From IMG/VR virus record IMGVR_UViG_2974731583_000001, positions 1 through 64,000 of that record: a stretch of DNA of 64,000 bases; one strand, 5' to 3'. Under the pieces are notes generated by a model. It searched no databases. It saw only the letters and a program-made list of their open reading frames with translations, and was not told where the DNA came from. Source of the DNA: a virus. Taxonomy: Duplodnaviria > Caudoviricetes. The first letter of the stretch is position 1; every line of letters begins with the position of its first letter. The position numbers were made by a program, and so were the translations under genes. Of the stretch, positions 6,902-16,179 are shown piece after piece.

Positions 6902-7542
6902 ATTTTAACGTCTCCTGGATGACGTCCCTTAAAAAGAGAAACCCTGTAGTCTAGATGCAAGTGATGAGCTCACCTACAGGGCTTTTTCTGCATTCAACTG
7001 TTATCAACAGTCTCATTTTTAGTTATGTTTGGATCATAACTCCTATATTTCCAAAACACCATGGGCCTGACGGTGAATATAGGTTCGTTACAGATGCAGA
7101 TCTATAACTACCACTGCCTCCTTTACTCTGTGGTCTGCGGTTAGACTTTTTATTCACTTATAATTGCTTTACGTAATTGATAAGTAAATTTATTACACAT
7201 GTTGTTTGATTACAACATTGTGCCGGTTCTATCCTTTCCTTTAGAAGTCTAACTTAACTAGATACTTTTGAACCGTATATTTGTAGTCAATAGCTATCCG
7301 CCGCATTTTATATGTGGTGTTGGAACCGCCATTAGCTACAAAAATTTCTATTTAACATAACGACGCTATTTTACTATGTTGCTATAGTCTGCCCCAGCCA
7401 GTCGCGCGTCGGCGTTAGCCGACCGCGTCTTGGCGATAGTTTGAAGATAGTTTGAAGATAGGCTGAAGCGTTTATCTCGCATATATCCTGCCCCTGCATG
7501 TGGAACCTCGGAAGCGTTTATCTCGCATTCTTAAAAAACAAA

Positions 7543-7576
7543 AAATACTCAGGCGCGTTAGCGCTTGAGTATTTTG
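7543..7576 (-). terminator. Intrinsic terminator after the 7581-8426 gene (A/T tracts on both sides)
   Basis: AAAATACTCAGGCGC-GTTA-GCGCTTGAGTATTTT hairpin directly after the stop codon. Confidence 0.75.
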
Positions 7577-7580
7577 TTGT

Positions 7581-8426
7581 TTAGAACGGAGCGTTTTCTC
7601 CTTCAGCCACTGGTGCTGGAGCAACTGGTGCTGCTGTAGGTGCTGCTGTAGGTGCACTTACGGTAGCAACTGGTGCTGGAGCATTGGCAGGTTTCGCCCA
7701 ATAGGTCTCCTCGATACGTCGACCTTGCTTCTCTACATCGAAGCCGTCGATGTACTGAGGCACAGGCAAGCCTGTTTCTTCGTCAGCGATGAAGCGAGCG
7801 AGGATGGTGAATACGCGGCAGCAATCGCGGATAACTGTCTGTTGTCCACGGTGCTTGGTGTTGAACTTGCGAATCTCGTCAGGGTTTGCAGGGTTGGTTG
7901 CGTAGCAATCCCCCTTCTTGAACTTGTAAGTCCGAATCGCAGCGTGTTCTGGGCATAGAATCGGTGCGACTGTCGAAGCGTACTGTGGGTCTGCTTGCAG
8001 ACTAGCAAGGTCTACCTTGCACTCTTCGGTGGAGAAGTCAAGTTTGCCTTGTGGGTCCTTGGCACCATACTTCATAATGATGTCAAGGACACCCGCCATA
8101 GACGTGTTGTCTTCGAACCACGTTGCCTGCGCCGTTTCGCCTGGTACGGCGACATTACGTTCTACAACGTTCACTCTAATCTTTTTGGCACCGTTGTTGG
8201 AATTCACATCGTCTACCTGAGATAGGGTGATTGCTTGTGGAACGAACTTGTCGTACTCGCGCATCTTGTTGCGGACCATTGCGTCGTAAGTCGCAGGGTC
8301 TACGTAAGACTGGTTGGCACTTGGCTGATTCATCATCTGCTGATTCATCATCTGCTGAAGCATTGCTTGCATCATCATTGGATTCATCATACCGTTGTTC
8401 ATCATGTTCATTGCATCGTTTGTCAT
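7581..8426 (-). CDS. Hypothetical protein with SSB-like C-terminal tail; first gene of the leftward arm
   Basis: 281 aa with distinct GC-rich codon usage, an M/N/Q-rich N-terminus and a P/A-rich linker ending ...AEGENAPF. Confidence 0.85.
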   Translation of the reverse strand: MTNDAMNMMNNGMMNPMMMQAMLQQMMNQQMMNQPSANQSYVDPATYDAMVRNKMREYDKFVPQAITLSQVDDVNSNNGAKKIRVNVVERNVAVPGETAQATWFEDNTSMAGVLDIIMKYGAKDPQGKLDFSTEECKVDLASLQADPQYASTVAPILCPEHAAIRTYKFKKGDCYATNPANPDEIRKFNTKHRGQQTVIRDCCRVFTILARFIADEETGLPVPQYIDGFDVEKQGRRIEETYWAKPANAPAPVATVSAPTAAPTAAPVAPAPVAEGENAPF

Positions 8427-8598
8427 AGTTGTGTGATATTAAATTGTGAATAATGTGGATTGTCAATATCAACTCGATGAGATTTATAGTCTCACCGTGA
8501 CGGTAAACAAGCGCTATATATTAAATACACAGCATGTGCTTGCTTACACCTAAACTCGAGGTTAATCGGGTAAAGGTCCTTCTTTGCTTGTTAATTAA

Positions 8599-8820
8599 GC
8601 CGAAGGCGTCGGTCCGCAGGACCGGGTGTGTATGAAAGCGTTAAAAGTCAAAGCGCAGCCCAAAGAAGGAGCCGGTAGGCGACTGAGATGTGTATGAAGC
8701 GATGAGAAATAAGGCGCAGCCAGGGAGGGCGTAGCCGAGGCGCCGGTAGGCGCCGAAGAGAAGGAAGTAACAAACATTACATAAGCAAATTAAGTTTTGC
8801 GTAGCATGGAGGGCGTAGCC
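8599..8820 (+). promoter_or_regulatory. Cluster of GNA/GGTA-loop DNA mini-hairpins (candidate early promoters or origin)
   Basis: At least 8 GC-stem mini-hairpins in ~220 nt of a GC-rich island within an AT-rich genome. Confidence 0.5.
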
Positions 8821-9175
8821 CAAAGTTTATACTTCGAACAACACAAAAGACTAATACACATGGGACAGACATAGAGACAGAAATGTCTAAGGTAGTAGGC
8901 AACAATACACAACAGATAGACTCACATCATAACAACACATGACACATAGATTAGACATAACAAAAACAAATACACAACATCTCGACTACTGTCTTTCAGA
9001 GGCACAAGACTTCAGACTTAACGGTTACTTGTTAGGCGTAGCCAAAAAAGATATTCACAATATAACACCACGGGGGGTGTTTTTCGAGGCTATCTACGGT
9101 GGGGTCATAGTATCAGGAGTTTCACGTTTCCACACACTTTTCACACATTTAAAAAAAATAAAAAAAAAATAAAAA

Positions 9176-9206
9176 AAGCTGAACAATCTTTCGATCATCC
9201 AGCTTT
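9176..9206 (-). terminator. Intrinsic terminator after the 9220-9639 gene
   Basis: Minus strand AAGCTGGATGATC-GAAA-GATTGTTCAGCT followed by a long T run. Confidence 0.7.
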
Positions 9207-9219
9207 CTTCAAAAATCTA

Positions 9220-9639
9220 TTATTTTATTTCTTCATATGGAACATATTCGTCCATTATGGTTTCCTTAGGGGGCTCTTGTGATTCAATAGAATCTTTGAG
9301 CTTTTCTACTTCTTTATTTATCTCATCTAAAGTCTGTTTGTCTTTCTCTGACACGTCTGTATTTGCTTTATCTATAGCATCTGTTAGAACTGTCATACGT
9401 TTGATGAGATCTTCTTTAGATATGTTGTTGTACAAGTAGTATAGGTAACTCTGAGCATTGTTTAAGTATACTTTGTATACTTCATTATGCGGGTTATCTG
9501 CTACATCTTTAGTTAATTTATCTACCAATGCTTCAACCTCATCAATGGTCTTTTTTGGTAGATTACCTTTATCGTCGACCTTATTGATTAAGTTGCCGTC
9601 GATATCGTATATATTTGCGTGTTTATTTATCTGTGCCAT
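9220..9639 (-). CDS. Hypothetical protein
   Basis: 139-aa ORF with TAA stop. Confidence 0.8.
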   Translation of the reverse strand: MAQINKHANIYDIDGNLINKVDDKGNLPKKTIDEVEALVDKLTKDVADNPHNEVYKVYLNNAQSYLYYLYNNISKEDLIKRMTVLTDAIDKANTDVSEKDKQTLDEINKEVEKLKDSIESQEPPKETIMDEYVPYEEIK

Positions 9640-9692
9640 TATATTCGTTATCTTTTCTTAATTTAGCATATGTATCCCAGCTTTTTTCACAT

Positions 9693-10196
9693 TTAGCTGT
9701 TAGATCTAATGCCTTTATATAATCCGGATCTTTTAAGAAACTTTTCAGCGTGGTAGACGTACCTTGTACATTCTCTTTGGTATTCGTCTCCTCTTTCATC
9801 TAATATAGTGTGTGTATATGTTTGATTATTAAGCCAATTTTCGTAGTGTTTAAAGGCCTGTTTCCTCTCTCTTTTGGGGCTATATTGGTGTATACACTAT
9901 AACATTTTATAGGCATCTACAGAACCACAGGCTCGTAACATGGATATATCGTCTATAAAGCTTTGTGCTCCAGCTTCCCCATCAGATTTTTTTAATAACT
10001 CATATTCTTGTACAGATTGTATAAAGTATGGGTTATTTTGATCATATACTGGTTCACACCCTACAATGTATGCTGCGTTTTTTGGGGCCCCGTGTATAAA
10101 GAAATACTTGCAATTGTCAGTTACGGGGGTATCTGTACACTTTAGGCTTAAGAAATCAGCGTAATATAGTATATAATTCAGTTCAATATTATTCAT
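9693..10196 (-). CDS. Hypothetical protein (167 aa, one internal TAG)
   Basis: The frame stays open 67 codons past the TAG at 9899-9897 to a TAA at 9695-9693. Confidence 0.75.
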
Positions 10197-10597
10197 TTCT
10201 TACACATGGTATTAAAGATACACTTAGTTACATACCCACAAAGGTAGGCGAAAGGCTCTTGTAGAGTATATTTCACCGGGATATCTGATTCAATATACTG
10301 ATATGTGTCACAACACACATGTATTGCTTCATGTGCAGCAACATCTACCAATAAAGACAAACTTGTAGACTTATCTTTTGTTATATTACACTTTACTAGT
10401 ATACAATATTTCTTAGTCTTTTTATTAAAACAAGCGGTTGTTGTAGCATCTCCCTTAAGTATACTGTCATCTAGTTCTGTTTTATCAGAGTATTGTAATA
10501 ACTTTTGTAAGTCTACTAATTTTATAGAGTTACTAGCTACTATAAAATTTATAGGGTATATTGTATTATATGTATCTATACTTCCTTTACTCTTCAT
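10193..10597 (-). CDS. HExxH zincin-like metalloprotein
   Basis: AAHEAIH motif with a downstream QEPFAYL third-ligand segment. Confidence 0.7.
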   Translation of the reverse strand: MKSKGSIDTYNTIYPINFIVASNSIKLVDLQKLLQYSDKTELDDSILKGDATTTACFNKKTKKYCILVKCNITKDKSTSLSLLVDVAAHEAIHVCCDTYQYIESDIPVKYTLQEPFAYLCGYVTKCIFNTMCKK

Positions 10598-10664
10598 ATG
10601 CTGTATAATATTATTATATCTATATATATCTATATTTCTTTGTTACTTTCTTTATACAACATAC

Positions 10665-10744
10665 TAACGTTGTATAAGCTTTATTTGGTTGCATTTGGAA
10701 AAATTATATAATTGCTGCAACCAATTGAGTATATACTTGCGTTA
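10665..10744. promoter_or_regulatory. Back-to-back divergent promoter candidates, TGCAACCAA-N15-CGTTA
   Basis: A minus copy at 10693-10665 and a plus copy at 10716-10744 sit exactly at the strand switch. Confidence 0.7.
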
Positions 10745-10770
10745 TATGTGTGATTTTAAACGAAATTACA

Positions 10771-11157
10771 ATGAATGCAAAAGTATTAAACGTTATTGAA
10801 CCGATGTTCTCGTTGTTACCTGGCGATACTTTAGAGTTAACTGACGATGGAACATCTTATGTGGCAGAAATATCAGATTCTGATTTTAATGAGCGTGAAG
10901 TTGTGTCAGCAACATTAAAGATTTCGGCAAACTACGCGCAAGAGTTGGTTAAAGCTGGTTATTTGCAAGTACCAACCGATGAAAATAAGGGATTCATCAA
11001 CGTATTTGACGAAATTGATTCGCTACTTACTAAGTACAACGAAGATTTGTCTAACGTTGGTTCTGAGGATATGCCAGAGTGCATGCGAGTTGAGAAAACA
11101 ACCGTACTCAAGAATATGATTAAACTTTTGGAACATCTTAAATCAGTAAAGAAATAA
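10771..11157 (+). CDS. Hypothetical protein
   Basis: ATG at 10771 lies inside the 10750-11157 ORF, just downstream of the promoter motif. Confidence 0.8.
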   Translation: MNAKVLNVIEPMFSLLPGDTLELTDDGTSYVAEISDSDFNEREVVSATLKISANYAQELVKAGYLQVPTDENKGFINVFDEIDSLLTKYNEDLSNVGSEDMPECMRVEKTTVLKNMIKLLEHLKSVKK

Positions 11158-11570
11158 TGGACGAAGAGAAAATTATAGACCAGTCTCAGTTGGCGGAGTC
11201 TATTTCTGAGAAGATAAAGATGGAATTTTCAGATTTGTTTCTGGTAAAACCCCTGGCTCCAATTAAAGTCGTAAAAGAATTTAGTAAGTTGCCAAACACA
11301 GCACCAACTAAAGATAAGGAAGGTGTAGAAGCAATAGATGTAGACAAGGTAGAGACAGAAACAAAGGAAGTCGATTCAGATTATAGAAAGGGCATTATAA
11401 TTAAGATACCCTTCTGTTATAAAGCAAACAAAGAAGAGTGGAAAGGAGTTACTCAAGATCTAAAACCAGGCGATACAGTACTGTTTAGAGAGACATCCGG
11501 TTTACGATTCGACTTACTTAAAGATAGCAGACTTCTTAGAGTATACGATATTTTAGCAGTTTGTAAGTGA
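11157..11570 (+). CDS. GroES/cpn10-like co-chaperonin
   Basis: DLFLVKP...KGIIIKIP...LKPGDTVLF...LLRVYDILAV follows the cpn10 strand pattern, with a long mobile-loop insertion. Confidence 0.6.
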   Translation: MDEEKIIDQSQLAESISEKIKMEFSDLFLVKPLAPIKVVKEFSKLPNTAPTKDKEGVEAIDVDKVETETKEVDSDYRKGIIIKIPFCYKANKEEWKGVTQDLKPGDTVLFRETSGLRFDLLKDSRLLRVYDILAVCK

Positions 11571-11785
11571 TAGACATTTACGAAATAGCAAAAGAAGTAG
11601 CTAAACAGTTAAACATAGATTACGATATAGCATTACAAGTGTGCCAACATCCATTTATGTTTACTGTACAGAAGATGAAAGATAATTCAGATTCTAAAAG
11701 CATATTATTCAACGAACTATTTAAATTTAAAATAAAATCTAGATTTAAAAATGACAAATCAAGAGACTACAGCCCGTTCAAATAA
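11567..11785 (+). CDS. Short HU/IHF-like DNA-binding protein
   Basis: Pattern EIAKEVAKQLNI...SILFNELFKFKIK. Confidence 0.55.
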   Translation: MIDIYEIAKEVAKQLNIDYDIALQVCQHPFMFTVQKMKDNSDSKSILFNELFKFKIKSRFKNDKSRDYSPFK

Positions 11786-12134
11786 AACAATTTTCATAAA
11801 CTCTGGTGAAAAGGCAGTTATATTCGACTATGACAAGAATGAAGCTCACCAACTAAGAACTTGTATGACTTCTATAGATTGGATGTATGTTGCGCCAGAC
11901 GACTGTGAAGTGCGTGTAAAGGACAAGAAGACAAATAAAACAATTGTATATAAGGCAAATAAAGATGATATTATTATACAGTTCTACAACGAGAGCACAA
12001 CAAAAAACCTTTGCGCGGTTATAAAGAACAAAGAGTGGCGCGAGAATGTAATAGAAAACAGAATCGCTGCAGAAATAAAAAAGCTTAATGACTGTGAACG
12101 CTGTAATGACTGTGAACAGGCATGTATAAGATAA
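11751..12134 (+). CDS. Hypothetical protein
   Basis: 127-aa ORF with a C-terminal CxxCxxC. Confidence 0.7.
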   Translation: MTNQETTARSNKTIFINSGEKAVIFDYDKNEAHQLRTCMTSIDWMYVAPDDCEVRVKDKKTNKTIVYKANKDDIIIQFYNESTTKNLCAVIKNKEWRENVIENRIAAEIKKLNDCERCNDCEQACIR

Positions 12135-12168
12135 AGTTTTTAAAAATTAACGTTAATTAGATTATAAA

Positions 12169-12525
12169 ATGACAAAGAAAAGTTCGGCTAGCAAGACAGC
12201 CAAGAAATCAACAAAGAAAGTTAATCCTGTATATACAGTGGATTTGACAAACGTAAAGAGCGCAAATGACATTTATTTTGCTTTTGTAACAGCAAAAGTT
12301 CGTGCTGGTGAACCAATCACCACTAAAGAACTTAACGGATATACCGCATCATATCGTGCAAATGTTCTTGAACCAACCAAGCAACAGGCAGAAGCATTTA
12401 TTATCCTTGGTTGTTCAATATTGTCCAAGATGCTTAATGACATGTACGAAGAGTGCGAGACAAAAAATACTCCATGGTACAAGAAGGCTTGGAATAAGGT
12501 AAAGTCTTTCTTTCATGGAAAATGA
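12169..12525 (+). CDS. Hypothetical protein
   Basis: 118 aa with a basic N-terminus and amphipathic C-terminus (PWYKKAWNKVKSFF). Confidence 0.8.
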   Translation: MTKKSSASKTAKKSTKKVNPVYTVDLTNVKSANDIYFAFVTAKVRAGEPITTKELNGYTASYRANVLEPTKQQAEAFIILGCSILSKMLNDMYEECETKNTPWYKKAWNKVKSFFHGK

Positions 12526-12605
12526 AATAAGCGCAATCGCATACAGAAGATGTGATTGAACTTACTTACCATAAAACCTTAACCGGGGGCTTTTGCCCCC
12601 AACAT

Positions 12606-12678
12606 TCCCCCGTGGCGTAACGATAGCGCGAAGAGCTCTAACCTCTTGTCAGTCTCGGTTTGAATCCGGGCGGGGGCA
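12606..12678 (+). tRNA. Amber suppressor tRNA (anticodon CUA), probably charged with Gln
   Basis: Acceptor TCCCCCG/CGGGGGC+A with an unpaired 1:72. Anticodon arm AAGAG-CTCTAAC-CTCTT places CTA at 12638-12640. T arm CTCGG-TTTGAAT-CCGGG. Confidence 0.92.
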
Positions 12679-12713
12679 CTATTTTCATAATACATTCATA
12701 ATATAAATTAAAC

Positions 12714-13283
12714 ATGATTATTAAATTTAAAAGATTGTCAGAAAAGGCTGTACAGCCTTCACGAGCAACAAGCGGTAGTGCTGGTTACGATTTGACTTGT
12801 TCTAGAATAACAACAGAACTCAATGAGTGCGGACAGGTTGTTTTAGTATATCATACAGACCTTGCTTTAGAAATCCCTGAGGGTTATGAGGCACAACTTC
12901 GTACTAGAAGTTCTATCAGCAAGAAAAGTCTACGTTTATGTACAGGCATGTCTACAATCGATAGTGATTATCGTGGTGAAATTTCCGCTAAGTTTATTGT
13001 TACAACAGACGTTGTTCCTTCAATATATAAAGAAGGTGAGCGTTTTGCACAACTGGTAATTGCGAAGGTAGAATCACCGGAGTTCCAGGAGGCAGATGAA
13101 CTTAGTGAAACAGATAGAGGTACTGGTGGTTTTGGTTCTACTGGTACTGGAGTAATGGATAGCGCGGCTACAGGACTTGATCAGAACGCTCATGATAAAG
13201 ATACAGAAGAGCAACCTGCAGGAGATGATCAGGCTGCACCAGAGCAAGCGGCTGGGGACACTAGCGCCCCTGAGCAAGCATAA
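12714..13283 (+). CDS. dut: Trimeric dUTPase with acidic C-terminal extension
   Basis: Motifs AGYDL, RSS, IDSDYRGEI, GERFAQL and RGTGGFGSTG. Confidence 0.95.
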   Translation: MIIKFKRLSEKAVQPSRATSGSAGYDLTCSRITTELNECGQVVLVYHTDLALEIPEGYEAQLRTRSSISKKSLRLCTGMSTIDSDYRGEISAKFIVTTDVVPSIYKEGERFAQLVIAKVESPEFQEADELSETDRGTGGFGSTGTGVMDSAATGLDQNAHDKDTEEQPAGDDQAAPEQAAGDTSAPEQA

Positions 13284-13411
13284 TAATAACGTTATAAAAG
13301 CTTGGACGATCGGCGTCCGTGGCGGGCAATGATTGTGGGTTTATGGGGATTCCGTTAGCGGGGTTCCCATAAACTGTTTATATATGGTTGTATAATTTAA
13401 AACTATATACA

Positions 13412-14188
13412 ATGGTGATAAAAAATAAGTACTTATATTATAAAACATTAGGTGGATTTACTTCTGCTTTATAGAATGGGTACATATCTAGCGACAGTAT
13501 TGCGTTTATAGAAGACGTATAGCTGATATGGACACACGGCATTTTATATGGGGGAGGTAGTGGGTAGATAGATGACGATTTATCTACCACATCGGAGAAC
13601 GCAGTACAAAATAAAGTAGTTACTGCAGCTATATCTGCTAAAGCAGATTCTGATGAACTAAAGTACTATTCTACAAAGAATGAGTTTAAATAGTTTGCGG
13701 ACAGTATTGATGCAAAAGTAAATAAATCAAAAGGTTATTTTAGTTCACAAGCAGCTCTTTTAGAAGCTTTCCCAAGTCCTACTGTGGGCGAATGGGCAAT
13801 TGTACAGAAAGGGGGACGTGTAGTAGTCTTTGAATGTTTAGAAGACGGTATATGGACTGATACAAATAAAAACTACGACACAACTATAGATCTTTCTGAG
13901 TATGTAAAAGCTAAATATCTAGAAGACTATATAAAAAAGAAAGACGCGCAAGAGAAACTTGTTAGCGGAGTAAATATAAAGACAATAAACGGAAGGTCTA
14001 TTCTTGGTTCTGGAGACATGCTAGTAGCAAACGGATCTAGTAAAGATGGCACCAAACACGTGTTTGTTACACAAGGCGAATATGATTCAATGCCAGAGCA
14101 CGACATAAATACAATATATTTTGTATACGACGGAACTACTGTCGAAGGCTGGGGTTTTGGCGATAAATTACCAATTATATTAAAATAA
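13412..14188 (+). CDS. Tail-fibre-associated structural protein (258 aa, 4 TAG)
   Basis: TAGs at 13472, 13520, 13565 and 13691 are in frame with the 13784 ORF. It carries IDDDLSTTSENAVQNKVV and LVSGVNIKTING segments seen in gut-phage fibre proteins. Confidence 0.65.
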
Positions 14189-14192
14189 AGAT

Positions 14193-15986
14193 ATGAACAA
14201 ATTATCTATTAATCAATACATCAATAAAAAGACCGGAGATAGTATTTCAGCAACAGAGTGGAATGCAGTTTTTTCACAGATCCAAGATAAAATAAACGAG
14301 ATCATAGACCATTCCGGAACTACCGATAAAAATACTGAACTGTACATTAACGGCGAACTTCATACAGAGAATAAGATTGTATTAGAGAGTGCAAAACAGT
14401 ATGTTATAAAAGGTGTACTGTATGGTGAGCTTGTTATAAATGCAGAGCTTCTTACAGCCCCAACAGATAACACATATATAACATTTGATGGTGTTACTAT
14501 TGTCAGTGATACTGATTGTGCTATAATGTACAAAACTCCAGAACAAAATAAGGGCTACAAAGACTTAGTAATAACTCTTACAAAAGACAGCCAGAACTTC
14601 ATTGTTGCTAATAAGAGTGCAGATAGAGTTGATAATCAGCCAGGAGCGATATATTCTATGAACAATATGGTTGTTCAAGGAGAAGGTTATCTTGCTCTAC
14701 ATAATAAAGGTGGCCACGGTTTACGTGCTACAGAGCTGAAGGTTGCTGGCCCACATATATATGCAGATGTAATTCATGATGCAGTGCACGCTGGAAAATA
14801 CCTCGAGATTGACAACTGTATTATTTACTGTGAAAATACACACGACGTATTTGGTACAGGAACATCTGGTAAGTTATACGCATTAGATGCAGACATACAT
14901 GTAGTAAATATAGACGGTATAATGCTTAATTGTGGTACGAATGGTTTCTATACAAATACTGTAAAAGCCAACAATGAACTTACTGTACGGAATGTTACGT
15001 TATTGTCGGCAATAGACGAATCTAATTTTGAACAGATCTTTGGCGTAGCTCCAACTCCTACAGTAACTGTATTTGCTACAGAAGAAGACTATAATGCAAA
15101 TAACGGGCAAGCTGTAGATGTGTCCGCAGACACAATCTCAATTACTTCTCCATATGTAAAAGTATCTGGTTTTTTACAAAAGCCTATTTCGTATAATCCA
15201 GCAGTAGCAGTTGACTTAAATGTATACCTTAATGGTGCATATATAAAAACAACTGGCAATGTGCCTAGCATTAATTATATTCCTGCTAATGGTAAAGTAA
15301 AGGTTACTGCATCTAAAGACACCGTTAATGCGATATACAATACATTTGCGGAAGAAACAACTCCAGAATTGACTGAAAGTGACGGTATAAAGAGCGAGAA
15401 CAACATTCGTATTGAAGCAAAGAATGGATCTATATTGTATGTTACATCGGCTATAGGTGATGGTATAGATGGTGGTGAAGTAAAGATTACAGATACAAAG
15501 GGAAGTGTAGTAGTTACAAACTGTGGTCTTCGCGGTATAAAAGGAAATGCTATTGTTGTTGGTCCAAATGCAAACATAGTAAAAAGTGTTATAACACCGA
15601 TAGCAGATGTAACCGACGAAGAGGGTTATTACGTAAACCCAGAGGATCTTGAAAACTATTCAGACATGTTGGGAATCGCCGTATGTAAACACAACTGTAA
15701 AAAGGGAGAGAGCGTAGTATCTGCAGGCAATGCAAAAAATACAGGTATTGCTGATATATACTGTAGAAATGGTAAAGCTACTAAGGGCGTATTTGGTACA
15801 ACAAACACTGAACTGAAAGGCGTGCTTGTTTGTGGTAGTGTTGCCGCAGTTATTGGTATTAACTTTAATAATGCACAGCATATATATTATAATAGAGCGC
15901 TTACTGATAATATTACAAAAGACTGTGGTATAACAGAAGCAGAATACATTGCTGTACCATACGAAAAAACTCCTATAACAGCATGA
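14193..15986 (+). CDS. Beta-helix carbohydrate-binding protein (Cthe_2159/DUF4353-like); candidate receptor-binding protein
   Basis: GAIYS...V.GEG.L......HGL.A..L.....I......DAVHA pattern occurs about twice. 597 aa, no TAG. Confidence 0.55.
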   Translation: MNKLSINQYINKKTGDSISATEWNAVFSQIQDKINEIIDHSGTTDKNTELYINGELHTENKIVLESAKQYVIKGVLYGELVINAELLTAPTDNTYITFDGVTIVSDTDCAIMYKTPEQNKGYKDLVITLTKDSQNFIVANKSADRVDNQPGAIYSMNNMVVQGEGYLALHNKGGHGLRATELKVAGPHIYADVIHDAVHAGKYLEIDNCIIYCENTHDVFGTGTSGKLYALDADIHVVNIDGIMLNCGTNGFYTNTVKANNELTVRNVTLLSAIDESNFEQIFGVAPTPTVTVFATEEDYNANNGQAVDVSADTISITSPYVKVSGFLQKPISYNPAVAVDLNVYLNGAYIKTTGNVPSINYIPANGKVKVTASKDTVNAIYNTFAEETTPELTESDGIKSENNIRIEAKNGSILYVTSAIGDGIDGGEVKITDTKGSVVVTNCGLRGIKGNAIVVGPNANIVKSVITPIADVTDEEGYYVNPEDLENYSDMLGIAVCKHNCKKGESVVSAGNAKNTGIADIYCRNGKATKGVFGTTNTELKGVLVCGSVAAVIGINFNNAQHIYYNRALTDNITKDCGITEAEYIAVPYEKTPITA

Positions 15987-16174
15987 TTTACGTACAAAGC
16001 AAACCAGTCTTGGCCATATATGCTGGAGATTATGTAATAACCAGAGTGTATGCAAAAGACCAGTTGTTTTGGCCAAGCACATTAGAGATATTTTCTTGTT
16101 ATTCTAACGGATATTGGATGGACGAATACGGTTGGACAGATGAAACAATGTGGGCAGACAATATCAAAAAATAA
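15983..16174 (+). CDS. Small structural-module protein
   Basis: 63 aa with an ATGA overlap, between fibre-like genes. Confidence 0.7.
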   Translation: MIYVQSKPVLAIYAGDYVITRVYAKDQLFWPSTLEIFSCYSNGYWMDEYGWTDETMWADNIKK

Positions 16175-16179
16175 TAAAC

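Noticed and set aside
6942-6981. Third hammerhead (GTGATGAG inside a stem)
   Set aside because: It lacks the CUGAUGA start and the GAAA/NUH elements; kept only as a generic stem.
8595-9172. Short ORFs 8595-8777, 8641-8823 and 8939-9172
   Set aside because: They overlap the mini-hairpin and A/C-skewed tracts, have implausible composition and lack the usual start context.
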